64,000 nucleotides of DNA from positions 25,852-89,851 of the forward strand of contig CAJARJ010000016.1 of assembly GCA_903944345.1 (NCBI GenBank), in the 5' to 3' direction. The DNA comes from Candidatus Omnitrophota bacterium (GTDB lineage: Bacteria > Omnitrophota > Gorgyraeia > Zapsychrales > Fredricksoniimonadaceae). Under the pieces are notes generated by a model. That model was not told the DNA's origin, ran no database searches, and was given only the letters and a program-made list of their open reading frames with translations. Each line of letters starts with the position of its first letter. The stretch's first letter is position 1. A program made the translations under genes and the position numbers. This document shows, in pieces, positions 8,528 through 18,531 of this stretch.

Positions 8528-11500
8528 ATGTATTTCAAGAAGTTGGAAATTTTTGGTTTCAAATCTTTTGCCGAAAAAACGGTTCTGAACTTTGAGGCCG
8601 GGATCACGGCCGTTGTCGGACCTAATGGCTGTGGCAAGAGTAATGTTTTTGATGCTATCCGCTGGGTGCTGGGAGAACAGAGCGCCAAACAGTTGCGCGG
8701 TGGCGCAATGGAAGATGTTATTTTTAACGGCACTGACTCCAAACTGGCTTTGGGTTTTGCCGAAGTCAGCGTTACCTTCGATAATCATTCCCGTACCCTT
8801 CCTGCAAACGCAGATGAAGTCCAGGTGACCCGTCGGCTTTTCCGTTCCGGGGAGAGCGAATATTTAATCAATAAAGAAGCTGTGCGCTTGAAGGATGTGG
8901 CCGAACTTTTTATGGGCACCGGTGTGGGGGCTGAAGCCTATTCTTTGGTGCAGCAAGGGCGGGTGGATCTGGTTGTCAGCGCCAGACCGGAAGACCGGCG
9001 TCTTATTTTTGATGAGGCCTCCGGAATCACGAAGTACAAAACCAGGAAAAAAGAAGCCCAGGGTAAGCTCAAGGATACAGATCAGAACCTTTTGCGGATC
9101 AACGATATTGTCGTCGAGGTCAAGCGTCAGATATCTTCGATCGAGCGTCAGGCCCAGAAAGCTCAGCGGTATAAAGAGGAATTTGAGCGTCTCAAGGTGC
9201 TGGAGGCTGATCTGGCGCGCTGGCAGCTTGCGCTTTCGAGTAAAGAGCGGGAAACTGTTTTGGCGAGCATTGCCCGGGTGCGAGCTCGGGATGACGAATC
9301 TGCCGCTCAGCTTGAGGAATATCGGCAGATTCTGCTCAGAGAAGAATCATTTGTCGAAGAGCTTGAGTCCCGTTTGCAGGATGTACGCGAGCAAGCGATC
9401 AAGCTGGAGAGTCAGATCGAGCTGGCTTCCCGGCAGGTCGCTTTTAACGAGGAGCGTCTGGAGAATCTCTCTGACAATGAGCGGCGGGTAGAGGTATCCA
9501 AGGCACAGGTGTCCGAGCAGTGTCGTCAGGGAGAGCTTAGAGTGGCGGAGATTTCCGTGGCGCTGGACGCACTGATCAAGGGTGCCAGTGATGCGCGGGT
9601 TGCTCTTAATGAGCGCAAGAATGTGTTAATGCTGACTTCCGCCTCAATTGACGACTTGCAAGGCCGCATCCGTCAGGATGAGGAATATTCTCTGCAGTTT
9701 GTGTCCCGTCGTTCCGGACTTCAGGCAAGCTTGACCGATAACATGAAAGAAACCCAGGGGGTTCTGGCTCGCCGGAATCGTTTGGAGACCGAGCGGGACA
9801 AGATCCGGCTTGAAAAAGGTGCTGTTGATCAGCGAGCTCAGGGGCTCTCCCAGGGGCTGGTCGATATTATGGCCCGGCGCTCGGCCTTGTCTTTGGATCT
9901 TGCACGTGAGGAGCAGCAGCAGGAAGCCAATAATTCTGGTTTTGCTACTTTGTCGGCCAGGATTGAGGATCTGGAACGGCGAAAGCTTTTTCTTATTTCC
10001 CAGAAAGATTTCATCGAAAAAATGCATGTGCAGTATCAGGATATTCCTGATCCGGTTATTTCCGGACGTTTTCTGACACCGGTTCCACCTTCACGCCAGC
10101 ATACGGGATTGATAGGCAAGGTCAAGACAGTCAATGCTTTTGCGGCTGATCGACTGGAAGGGCTCAAGAGTCATGTGGCAGGAATCGAAGGCACGGAGCT
10201 TTATGAGGTTGTTTGCGAAACGAAATTTATTGAATTGGATCCGCAGCAGATTGCCGGACGGATCATTGATATTGGCAAGGAGATTGAGGTTCTGACTGCC
10301 GAAAAACAGCAGTTGGCGCTTCTAATTTCCGAGCAGTCCCGTTTGCTGGAACGGATTCGTGCGGATATTTTTGTTGAAGACAAGCGGCTTTCTGTTTGTG
10401 AGGCACAGCAGCAGGATGTGGCTTTGCAATCGGCCAAGCTTCAGACAGAGTTGGAAGTTCTTGTCGTGGAGGCAGAGGAGGCTGATCAGGTCTTGATCCG
10501 TTTACAGGGGGCAGAGACGCTTTTAAAAGAAGAACTGGCCGGAATAGAGGCGGAGACCGCCCGTGTTCGGGAAGAAATTGCCTGCCGTCAGGCAGAAATT
10601 CTGGTTCGTCGCCGCGAGCGTGAAGAGGCTGCAGTATCAGTGGCCCAGATGGAGGCCGAGGTCGCGGGTGTCGCGGATAAAGAAAAAGCCTGGCGCGCCA
10701 ATATTGATATGTATCGCGCTGATTTGCAGCGCGGGCAGCGGGAACTGGAGACTCTGGATAAGGAAGCGTCCGGTTTTGGCGAGCGCCGTGAAAAGTATCG
10801 CCTTGAGATTGAAACTTTGCAGGCTTCGATGGCTGCGTTGCGCGCGGACAGGCAGGAGCTGGCGGTTGCGCTTGGACGACATGAGGCCGAACGCGATGAT
10901 GTTTCTCAGCGCCTGGGCAGCGTGCGTGCGCAGATGCTGGCAATCGAGAAAGATGTTGCTGACAGTCGTGATCAGATTCACGGGCAGGAGTTGCGGATTC
11001 AGCAGATATCCTTTCAGGAACAGTCTGTTCGTGAACGGATTTTACAGAAATACCAGCTTGAAATTGCCTCTTCCGGGGAACAGGATGAAGCACCGTTGCC
11101 GGCTGATTTCGATCCCGACAAGACCACCCAGGATATCCAGGGATTGACCAAGCGCTGTGAGTCGTATGGTACGGTCAATATGGTGGCGATCGAGGAATTC
11201 GAGGAGCTGCGTAACCGCTTCCAGTTCCTGACAAAACAGCAGGCTGACCTGTTGACCGCAAAAGACATGCTGGAACAGACGATTCGCAAGATTAACAAAA
11301 CGACCCGGCAGATGTTTGTCGATACGTTTACCAAAGTTAATGAGCAGTTTCGGCATTATTTCCGGGTGCTTTTTAATGGAGGTGAGGCGCAATTGGTTCT
11401 GGTTGACCCCGAGAATGCGCTGGAGTCCGGTATCGAGATTGTCGCTCGTCCTCCAGGAAAGAAGTTGCAAGTTATCAGCCTGCTTTCCGGCGGCGAAAAA

Positions 11501-11881
11501 ACCATGACGGCCATTGCGCTTATTTTTTCGGTTTTCAAGGTTAATCCCAGTCCTTTTTGTGTGCTGGATGAAATCGACGCAGCTCTGGATGAAGCCAATG
11601 TGGATCGCTTCGCCCATGTCCTTAAGGATTTCGCCCGGATTGCACAGTTTATTGTTATTACACATAACAAAAAAACCATTGCGCATGCTGATGTTATGTA
11701 CGGTGTCACCATGCAGCAAACCGGCGTGTCCCGGGTTGTTTCGGTTAAATTGTCTGACAAAAGTCAACAAAAGTCAGAGCCTGTGTCAGACAGTGTTGTG
11801 GACTCAGAGGAAGCTCCCTCTGTCGCGGCGGTTGTTCCGGACGGACAGGCAGATTTGCAGGAGGAGCTGGCTGGGGTATGA
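8528..11881 (+). CDS. smc: chromosome segregation protein SMC (atypical short hinge)
   Basis: MYFKKLEIFGFKSF, Walker A GPNGCGKSN, long coiled coils, LLSGGEK signature, Walker B/D-loop VLDEIDAALD. Start re-called at ATG 8528. Confidence 0.95.
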   Translation: MYFKKLEIFGFKSFAEKTVLNFEAGITAVVGPNGCGKSNVFDAIRWVLGEQSAKQLRGGAMEDVIFNGTDSKLALGFAEVSVTFDNHSRTLPANADEVQVTRRLFRSGESEYLINKEAVRLKDVAELFMGTGVGAEAYSLVQQGRVDLVVSARPEDRRLIFDEASGITKYKTRKKEAQGKLKDTDQNLLRINDIVVEVKRQISSIERQAQKAQRYKEEFERLKVLEADLARWQLALSSKERETVLASIARVRARDDESAAQLEEYRQILLREESFVEELESRLQDVREQAIKLESQIELASRQVAFNEERLENLSDNERRVEVSKAQVSEQCRQGELRVAEISVALDALIKGASDARVALNERKNVLMLTSASIDDLQGRIRQDEEYSLQFVSRRSGLQASLTDNMKETQGVLARRNRLETERDKIRLEKGAVDQRAQGLSQGLVDIMARRSALSLDLAREEQQQEANNSGFATLSARIEDLERRKLFLISQKDFIEKMHVQYQDIPDPVISGRFLTPVPPSRQHTGLIGKVKTVNAFAADRLEGLKSHVAGIEGTELYEVVCETKFIELDPQQIAGRIIDIGKEIEVLTAEKQQLALLISEQSRLLERIRADIFVEDKRLSVCEAQQQDVALQSAKLQTELEVLVVEAEEADQVLIRLQGAETLLKEELAGIEAETARVREEIACRQAEILVRRREREEAAVSVAQMEAEVAGVADKEKAWRANIDMYRADLQRGQRELETLDKEASGFGERREKYRLEIETLQASMAALRADRQELAVALGRHEAERDDVSQRLGSVRAQMLAIEKDVADSRDQIHGQELRIQQISFQEQSVRERILQKYQLEIASSGEQDEAPLPADFDPDKTTQDIQGLTKRCESYGTVNMVAIEEFEELRNRFQFLTKQQADLLTAKDMLEQTIRKINKTTRQMFVDTFTKVNEQFRHYFRVLFNGGEAQLVLVDPENALESGIEIVARPPGKKLQVISLLSGGEKTMTAIALIFSVFKVNPSPFCVLDEIDAALDEANVDRFAHVLKDFARIAQFIVITHNKKTIAHADVMYGVTMQQTGVSRVVSVKLSDKSQQKSEPVSDSVVDSEEAPSVAAVVPDGQADLQEELAGV

Positions 11882-11926
11882 CTTTTCTCTGGTGAGTTTG
11901 CTCAGGTTTAAAAGCCAAGATTATGT

Positions 11927-11962
11927 AAGCCATGGAGTTATATTCCATGGCTTTTCTTTTTT
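11927..11962 (+). terminator. intrinsic terminator after smc
   Basis: AAGCCATGGA / TCCATGGCTT 10-bp stem followed by a T-rich tract. Confidence 0.75.
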
Positions 11963-11978
11963 AGTGCGGACGCTTTTC

Positions 11979-12008
11979 TTGACAGTCTTTAAAAACATAT
12001 GTTATACT
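11979..12008 (+). promoter_or_regulatory. sigma70-type promoter for cvpA-dnaG-rpoD
   Basis: TTGACA (11979-11984), 18-bp spacer, TG-extended TATACT (12003-12008). Confidence 0.65.
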
Positions 12009-12146
12009 TCAAAATCTTTACAAGCACATGACTTAGAGTTTAAGTCAAAACGGATATTCAGATTTCTGCTGTTTTCTTTGAATTGACCGCCGGGGTTCCC
12101 TAAGGCTTTTGTCAGGGCAAGATCGGAATCAAAAAAGAGGATGCGT

Positions 12147-12719
12147 ATGACCATGGCATGGTTGGGCAGGTTGAATTGGATCGATCTGGTTGTCGGCTTG
12201 ATTTTTGTCCGGGTTATTTTCGTAGGCATTAATACGGGTTTTGTGATTGAGTTTTTTAAATTTCTGGGAACGGTGTTTACTGTTTTTGTTTGTCTGCATT
12301 ATTATTCGACTTTATCCGGCCTGTTGACCAGTTTCACCTCGAGTCCATTGGTTATTGCGGTTTGTGTGACATTTGTGCTTTTCTGGCTCTTTCTTTTTTT
12401 GTTATGTAAGATTATACGGGATGGTCTTTTGATGGTTTTTTCTATTGAAGCCCAGGCTTTTGTCGATAAATGGGGAGGGGCTTTGGTTGGCCTTGCCCGG
12501 GCCTGTCTTGTGGCCAGCATGGTATTGTTTTTCTTTTTGCTTACGGAGAATTCTTATCTGGAGAGTATGACGGCCCGCAGTCTTTCCGGGCGTTATCTGG
12601 CACCGGTATCCCCCGGAGTTTATCGAACCATTCAGGAGTCTCTGGTGGCCAAATTGTTTTCAGGTGACCGTTTAAATTCCGAGGTTTTGCGGCAGCTTGG
12701 AAAGATAGAGCGCCGCTGA
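12147..12719 (+). CDS. cvpA: CvpA (colicin V production) family membrane protein
   Basis: NWIDL..., G..TGFV.E, DKWGGALVG.AR and 4 TM segments. Start could be 12141, 12147 or 12153. Confidence 0.85.
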   Translation: MTMAWLGRLNWIDLVVGLIFVRVIFVGINTGFVIEFFKFLGTVFTVFVCLHYYSTLSGLLTSFTSSPLVIAVCVTFVLFWLFLFLLCKIIRDGLLMVFSIEAQAFVDKWGGALVGLARACLVASMVLFFFLLTENSYLESMTARSLSGRYLAPVSPGVYRTIQESLVAKLFSGDRLNSEVLRQLGKIERR

Positions 12720-12758
12720 CCGCTAGAATCAGGAGCTGACGGTTCAGCAGAGGTGTAT

Positions 12759-14534
12759 GTGGGGCTTATTCCTGAGGATGTGATAGCGCAGATTATTGAC
12801 CGCACCGATATTGTGGCAATGGTCGCAGGGTATATCCCTCTGAAGAAGACGGGAAGAAATTTTAAAGGGGCGTGCCCTTTTCATAATGAAAAGACCCCTT
12901 CGTTCATTGTCAATCCGGACAAGCAGATTTTTCATTGTTTTGGCTGTGGAGCCGGTGGGAATGTAATCCGGTTTGTTATGATGCAGGAGCATCTGGACTT
13001 CCCTCAGGCATTAAGAATGCTGGCGGACAAAGCCGGGATTTCGCTGCCCGAAAGTCGCGTTGACCCCGGGCAGGACACCCTGGCCCGGCAGGTGATTGCA
13101 CTTAATGAGGTTGCGGTCGAATATTTCAGGACCAATCTCATGTCGGGTGCCGGCGACGAAATTCGCCTGGCTCGGGAGTATCTTCGTGCACGGTCGATTA
13201 ATGCCGAGACTGCAAAACGTTTTAATATCGGCTACGCCTATGATCGTTGGGATGGACTGCTGATATTGTTGCGTCAGAAAGGTTTTTCTTCTGATGTGAT
13301 CGAGCGGTCGGGCTTGGTTGTGATGCGCGACCAGGGCAAAGGCTGTTACGATCGTTTCAGGGGAAGAATTGTTTTTTCGATCTTTGATCACAGAGGCCGG
13401 CCGGTAGCATTTGGAGCGCGTTCTTTAAAAAAAGACGATCAGGCGAAATATATCAATTCACCCGAGACTCCGGTCTATACCAAAGGCAGGCATCTTTACG
13501 GTTTTAATTTGTCCAAAGAGGCGGCGGGTCAGGCAGACAAGTTGGTGATTGTGGAAGGGTACCTGGATTTTATTCGCCCTTACGCGGGGGGAGTCGAGAA
13601 TGTGGCGGCTTCGCTGGGGACGGCTCTGACGGTTGATCAGATCAGGCTGATTCGCAGATACACCCGGAATGTTGTTATGCTTTACGATATGGATACCGCC
13701 GGGCAAATGGCGTCTTTGCGTAGTCTGGATGTTTTGCTTGACGAGGACATGGACGTTCGTATAGCCACTCTGAGCGAGGGAGATGATCCGGACTCTTTCA
13801 TCCTGAAGTATGGTATTGACGAATTTCGTACCCGGCTGCTCTTGGCAAAAAGCCTTTTTGAGTTTAAACTTGAATCTCTGACAGCGCAGTACCCGGTTGC
13901 AACGATCGAAGGCCGGGGGAGGATTTGCCAGGAAATGATTCCGACGATTGAGCGGGTCAGAAGCGAAGTTGTCAAAAGCGGATATTTTCAGGAGTTGGCC
14001 CAACGGCTTAAAGTTTCGGAAACGGCTCTGCACAAAGAGCGAAATCTGGTTTCGCGCTCGCCAGCTCCGGTTACGGCTGCTGTCGGTGGAGTTCCGGCGG
14101 GGTCAATCAAGCCGGCCGGATTGCCCGCCGATGAGGCTGAAATCCTGCGGCTGGTTCTTAAAGATATGCGCTGGGCTCAGTTGTTACGAACTGTGGCGGA
14201 TACGGATGACTTTTCCCATCCGGTTGTCAGAAGGATCATAACAGTTCTTTTTGAAGACATTGATCTGGGTCGCAAGACAAGTGCGGCATTTCTATGGGAA
14301 CGGATTGACGACCAGGAGGCACGGCGTATCCTGGCTTCCGGAGCGGTCGATAACGGCCAGCCGTCAGCCGGTGAGGAACGGGTTTTAAATGATTGTCTGG
14401 CGCGCTTGCGCAAGACAAGAATCAGGCATCGAAGGGAAGAAGTTCGCCGCGCGATCAGGCTGGCAGAGAAGAACAAGGATCCGCAGCGGGTGCTGGAATT
14501 GCAGAAGGAATTTAATCAGCTGGTCAAGGAATGA
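12759..14534 (+). CDS. dnaG: DNA primase
   Basis: Zn finger [35 protein letters not shown] and YDMDTAG. Confidence 0.97.
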   Translation: MGLIPEDVIAQIIDRTDIVAMVAGYIPLKKTGRNFKGACPFHNEKTPSFIVNPDKQIFHCFGCGAGGNVIRFVMMQEHLDFPQALRMLADKAGISLPESRVDPGQDTLARQVIALNEVAVEYFRTNLMSGAGDEIRLAREYLRARSINAETAKRFNIGYAYDRWDGLLILLRQKGFSSDVIERSGLVVMRDQGKGCYDRFRGRIVFSIFDHRGRPVAFGARSLKKDDQAKYINSPETPVYTKGRHLYGFNLSKEAAGQADKLVIVEGYLDFIRPYAGGVENVAASLGTALTVDQIRLIRRYTRNVVMLYDMDTAGQMASLRSLDVLLDEDMDVRIATLSEGDDPDSFILKYGIDEFRTRLLLAKSLFEFKLESLTAQYPVATIEGRGRICQEMIPTIERVRSEVVKSGYFQELAQRLKVSETALHKERNLVSRSPAPVTAAVGGVPAGSIKPAGLPADEAEILRLVLKDMRWAQLLRTVADTDDFSHPVVRRIITVLFEDIDLGRKTSAAFLWERIDDQEARRILASGAVDNGQPSAGEERVLNDCLARLRKTRIRHRREEVRRAIRLAEKNKDPQRVLELQKEFNQLVKE

Positions 14535-14545
14535 GGGATTGCAAC

Positions 14546-16135
14546 ATGAAAGAGCAGGAAAAAGAGAAGGATTTTCAGCACGACCTCGACAAGCTTGTTG
14601 AGTCAGGGAAAAAGAAAGGGTTTCTGACCTATGATGAGGTCAATGCAACGCTTTCGGATTCTATTGACTCTTCCGAGGATATCGACCAGGTGTTCGAGAT
14701 CCTGGACGGTAAGGGGATCAGGGTTGTAGATTCTGACGAGGAAGTTGATCCCCAGGCTGAAGACGCGGAAGAAACCCGGGAACAGCAGGTGCGTCGCGTG
14801 CGTGAGGAGAATCGTGAAGAAGATGTCTACGCAGACAAATTTATTCCTCTCGATGATCCGGTCAAGATGTATCTCAAGCAGATGGGGTCGATTCCTCTGT
14901 TGACCAGAGACGAAGAAATTTCCCTGGCCAAGCGTATTGAGGAAGCAGAAGGAAAGTTTGCCGAGGCTCTTTTTGTGACGGCGTTTGCACGCCGGGAGGC
15001 AATCCATACTATTGAAAATGCGCTTAACGAGCAGATTAATGTCGAGGACGTGGTTAAGGACGAATTGGAACGTCGCCCGAAGCTGTTGCAGGATCTCAAG
15101 CGTTTGCTGGAAAAGGTCAAGCGCACCAAAGCCGGGACTGCCGAGTCTGCCAAGGTGATATCCGAGTTCAAGTTGACCAGTTCGGTCAATGAGGCGATTA
15201 TTGTCAAGATCAATGAACTTGTGGACGAGCTGGCCTTTGTCGAGCGTCAGTTGGCTATCAAGAAACCGATCCTTTCCAAGAAGGATCTGGAAGAGAAGCG
15301 CAAGCGGATCACCCGTGATCTCGGCGAACCGATCGTTCATCTTAAAGAGCAGTTGCGGGTTATCAAGATTCGTCAGCGGGAGTTTAACAAGGCCAAAAAG
15401 CTTCTGGTGGAGGCCAACCTTCGGTTGGTTGTTTCGATTGCCAAGAAATATATCAATCGCGGACTTTCGTTCCTGGATTTGATCCAGGAAGGAAATATGG
15501 GCCTTATCCGCGCGGTCGAGAAGTTTGAGTATCAGAGGGGATACAAGTTTTCAACTTATGCAACATGGTGGATTCGTCAGGCCATTACGCGTTCGATCGC
15601 GGATCAGGCCCGGACAATTCGTATTCCTGTCCACATGACCGAAACGATCAACAAGATTATTCGTATTTCCCGTATGTTTGTACAGGAATATGGCAGGGAG
15701 CCGGCTCCTCAGGAGATCGCCGCCCAGATGCGTATTCCTGTATCCAAGGTTAAAGAGATCATGAAGATATCCCAGGTTCCGATTTCTTTGCAGACACCAA
15801 TCGGAGATGAAGGGGATACTCATTTCGGCGATTTTATCGAGGACAAGAAGGCAGTTTCTCCGGCTAATGCCACACTGCATTCGATGTTAAAAGACGAGAT
15901 TGGTTCTGTTCTTGATACACTTGATGATCGTGAACGTAAGATTCTGGAGTTGCGTTTCGGCATAATGGATGGCACCAGCCGGACACTGGAAGAGGTCGGT
16001 GCTGAATTTAACGTAACGAGGGAGCGTGTGCGGCAGATTGAATCCAAGGCATTGCGGAAGCTGCGTCACCCTACGCGTTCTCGTCGCATAAAAATGTTTC
16101 TGGATATGTCCACCCGGGAAGATTATGCGATTTGA
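14546..16135 (+). CDS. rpoD: RNA polymerase primary sigma factor
   Basis: Region 1.1 ([12 protein letters not shown]), [37 protein letters not shown], region 4 RERVRQIE. Confidence 0.97.
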   Translation: MKEQEKEKDFQHDLDKLVESGKKKGFLTYDEVNATLSDSIDSSEDIDQVFEILDGKGIRVVDSDEEVDPQAEDAEETREQQVRRVREENREEDVYADKFIPLDDPVKMYLKQMGSIPLLTRDEEISLAKRIEEAEGKFAEALFVTAFARREAIHTIENALNEQINVEDVVKDELERRPKLLQDLKRLLEKVKRTKAGTAESAKVISEFKLTSSVNEAIIVKINELVDELAFVERQLAIKKPILSKKDLEEKRKRITRDLGEPIVHLKEQLRVIKIRQREFNKAKKLLVEANLRLVVSIAKKYINRGLSFLDLIQEGNMGLIRAVEKFEYQRGYKFSTYATWWIRQAITRSIADQARTIRIPVHMTETINKIIRISRMFVQEYGREPAPQEIAAQMRIPVSKVKEIMKISQVPISLQTPIGDEGDTHFGDFIEDKKAVSPANATLHSMLKDEIGSVLDTLDDRERKILELRFGIMDGTSRTLEEVGAEFNVTRERVRQIESKALRKLRHPTRSRRIKMFLDMSTREDYAI

Positions 16136-16170
16136 CCGTGTAGATTTGGCGGGTTGTGACTGAATTGATG

Positions 16171-16208
16171 AAACATCCGGAGGGTTTTTGCCTCCGGATG
16201 TTTTTTTT
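16171..16208 (+). terminator. intrinsic terminator after rpoD
   Basis: AAACATCCGGAGG / CCTCCGGATGTTT perfect 13-bp stem plus T run. Confidence 0.85.
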
Positions 16209-16219
16209 GGAGGATGATA

Positions 16220-17005
16220 ATGAATGCCCCGTTTTTAACTTCCTTGATTGCGCTTGCGCTTTTCTTTTTTGCTCCGGATGCCGTTGCCGGGCGTATTTCT
16301 CCGGCGGTTATGACTGCTCTTTCTGCAACTATGGACGGGGTGTACAAAAGAATAGAAGCTATCCGTGATCGTAATGATGTTTTGCGCGGCTTTGACCGGA
16401 CGGCGTTGCGGCAGGATTCAAATGGGTGGACATTCATTGAGTATGTGCATTCTTTCTCCGAAGATCTTAATTTTGTGATCAGCGTCAAGGCGTATCCTGT
16501 AGATGTGGTTGATGTGGATCAGGAGGAGCCCGGTTACCAGGTTCTGACGTATCCCCAGGCCGGGATCAAGATCGGGCTTTTTGTCAGAGGCAGGGCCGGA
16601 ATGGGTGGTTTCAATCTGCTGGATGCTGTCCGGATCGAAGGAATAAGGATTGAAGAACTTCAGCAGGCGGGGCTGCCGTTACGGCTTTCTATCCGGACGC
16701 CGCGGGAGCCTGTGGCTCTGGGACAGAAACTGGAATTTGATGTTGTGCTGGGTAATGTCAGTTCCATGGGGCATCGCTTGAAGCGCCTGGATGAAGACTC
16801 CCTTTCCTGTCTTTTCAACGGGCAGACATGGGGGAAAGGCCGTATTTCGGGGGTAGGGAATCATCTGCTTTCTCCCGGGGAGTCGTTAACCAAGAAATTC
16901 TCACTCATGCCCTCACGCCGTGGTGATTTCGAAATCTTTTGTTCTTACGGGCTGGGTTTTTCCGGTCTCCGGCCAAGCGCGCGTACAGTGGTTCGGGTGG
17001 AATAG
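16220..17005 (+). CDS. exported hypothetical protein, possible C-terminal Ig-like domain
   Basis: GGAGG RBS, signal-peptide-like N-terminus (AVA), beta-rich C-terminus (LSPGES..K.F). Confidence 0.7.
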   Translation: MNAPFLTSLIALALFFFAPDAVAGRISPAVMTALSATMDGVYKRIEAIRDRNDVLRGFDRTALRQDSNGWTFIEYVHSFSEDLNFVISVKAYPVDVVDVDQEEPGYQVLTYPQAGIKIGLFVRGRAGMGGFNLLDAVRIEGIRIEELQQAGLPLRLSIRTPREPVALGQKLEFDVVLGNVSSMGHRLKRLDEDSLSCLFNGQTWGKGRISGVGNHLLSPGESLTKKFSLMPSRRGDFEIFCSYGLGFSGLRPSARTVVRVE

Positions 17006-17026
17006 TTTGCATTTGATTATTGAATA

Positions 17027-17055
17027 TTGAAAAGAATCGGCATGTGTGATATTCT
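17027..17055 (+). promoter_or_regulatory. sigma70-type promoter for the tRNA operon
   Basis: TTGAAA, 17-bp spacer, TG-extended TATTCT. Confidence 0.6.
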
Positions 17056-17115
17056 TCTTCGTCAGTTTAGCTGTATAACTGGCGTGGCACAGGCAGTTCT
17101 GATCAAGAGAATTCA

Positions 17116-17189
17116 GGGCCTATAGCTCAGTCGGTTAGAGCAGGAGACTCATAATCTCTTGGTCCCTGGTTCGAGTCCAGGTGGGCCCA
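17116..17189 (+). tRNA. tRNA with CAT anticodon, most likely tRNA-Ile2 (lysidine-modified)
   Basis: Cloverleaf GGGCCTA/TGGGCCC, anticodon arm GAGA-CTCATAA-TCTC resembling known Ile2 tRNAs, TTCGA loop. CCA is not encoded. Confidence 0.88.
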
Positions 17190-17222
17190 TTCTGATTTGT
17201 AAGTTCTTTCGGCGGTCATACT

Positions 17223-17299
17223 GGACGCATAGCTCAGTTGGTTAGAGCGCTGCCCTCACATGGCAGAGGTCGCAGGTTCGATTCCTGCTGCGTCCACCA
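17223..17299 (+). tRNA. tRNA-Val(CAC)
   Basis: GGACGCA/TGCGTCC acceptor stem, CTGCC-CTCACAT-GGCAG anticodon arm, encoded CCA. Confidence 0.95.
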
Positions 17300-17341
17300 T
17301 TTTTATCAGCCTGCGGTATTGCAAGCAAGGAAGAGGACAAT

Positions 17342-18067
17342 GTGGCGCAAGGAACTGTAAAGATTACCCTCGGGAAGCTGGTTATTCTTCAGGAGATTGA
17401 TCTGGAGCTTTATGAATACAAAAGAGAGCTCGCGGAGAAGCCGGCGCAGGCGTTGACGCTCAAGGCGGCCTACGAGAAGAAACGCGAACATTTTACTGAA
17501 CTTGAAGCGAAGTCGAAGGAGATAGATCTTGCGCGTAAAACCAAAGAGCTGGATCTTAAAAGCAAGGAGCAAAGTATCGCTCATGCCAGTACCCAGTTGA
17601 TGACGCTCAAGACCAACAAGGAGTATCAGACCAAGCTTTTTGAGATCGAGAACCTTAAGGCGGATAAATCTCTTCTGGAAGAAGATGTGCTTCGCTTGAT
17701 GGAATCATCCGAGAGAATTCTGGCTGAAATCAGTAAGGAAAAAGAATTTTTACTGGAAGAAGAAAAGCAGTATCTTGCCGAGAAGGAAAAAGTTGACCTA
17801 GAGCTTGCGTCAGTCCAGGAAAAAATTACGTCAGTTGAAGCCCGTCGGCGCGAAGCCGTTGTCGGTATTGACCCGGCGACGCTTTCTACTTACGAGCAGG
17901 TTGTCCGCAATCGAGGCGGGCTTGCACTGGTTCCGTTGGTGGGCGGGGCATGCGGCGGTTGTTTTATGCATTTGCCGCAGCAGTTTGTTAACCGTATAAA
18001 AATGTTCGATCAGATTGTACGTTGCGAGATGTGCGCGCGGTTGCTTTATATCAAGGAAGATCTTTGA
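17342..18067 (+). CDS. coiled-coil protein with C4 zinc ribbon (DUF164/CT398/HP0958 family)
   Basis: LQEID start, KTNKEY, long coiled coil, CGGC...CEMC.RLLY. Confidence 0.92.
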   Translation: MAQGTVKITLGKLVILQEIDLELYEYKRELAEKPAQALTLKAAYEKKREHFTELEAKSKEIDLARKTKELDLKSKEQSIAHASTQLMTLKTNKEYQTKLFEIENLKADKSLLEEDVLRLMESSERILAEISKEKEFLLEEEKQYLAEKEKVDLELASVQEKITSVEARRREAVVGIDPATLSTYEQVVRNRGGLALVPLVGGACGGCFMHLPQQFVNRIKMFDQIVRCEMCARLLYIKEDL

Positions 18068-18531
18068 TGCGGGTTTTTGAAATATTTTCTGATGGTGCCT
18101 CAAGCGGCAATCCCGGGCCGTCCGCGATCGGTGTGGTGATTCTGGAAGATGGTGTTACGTTACGCGAGATTGCCGAACCGATTGGTCTTGCCACCAATAA
18201 TGTGGCTGAGTACCGGGCCTTGATCAGAGGTTTAACTGAGGCTCGGCAGCTAGGAGCAGAGCATGTGCGGCTGCGCACGGACAGTGAGCTTGTTTTTTAT
18301 CAGATCAAGGGTGAATACAAGGTCAAGCATGAAAACATGAAGCTTTTGCATGCTCAAGCGGTCGAGATATTGAAAAGTTTCAAGAAAGTCGAGTTCAAGG
18401 TGGTGCCGCGGGAACAGAATAGTGCGGCGGATCGACTGGCCACCTCTGTTCTTAAAAAGAAAAAAACAGGCCATGACGGCCGCTCCGATGAATTCACAAT
18501 CGGGGAGGAAAGTCCGGGCTCCACAGGATAG
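18067..18531 (+). CDS. rnhA: ribonuclease HI
   Basis: Acidic catalytic tetrad in SDGASSGNPG, NNVAEY, TDSEL, VPREQN..ADRLA. ATG overlaps the upstream TGA, and the 3' end overlaps rnpB. Confidence 0.92.
   Translation: MRVFEIFSDGASSGNPGPSAIGVVILEDGVTLREIAEPIGLATNNVAEYRALIRGLTEARQLGAEHVRLRTDSELVFYQIKGEYKVKHENMKLLHAQAVEILKSFKKVEFKVVPREQNSAADRLATSVLKKKKTGHDGRSDEFTIGEESPGSTG

Noticed and set aside
10263-11770. 276-aa and 242-aa minus-strand ORFs
   Set aside because: Antisense to the smc coiled coil and head; no motifs.
17085-17100. sigma54 promoter at TGGCAC
   Set aside because: No GC at the -12 position; a sigma70 promoter upstream explains transcription.
17116-17189. tRNA-Met or tRNA-fMet assignment
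   Set aside because: It lacks the initiator features (unpaired C1, three G-C pairs in the anticodon stem) and resembles tRNA-Ile2. Elongator Met is not fully excluded without tRNAscan-SE.
17116-17299. tRNAs as integration sites
   Set aside because: I found no duplicated tRNA 3' end or integrase in the window.
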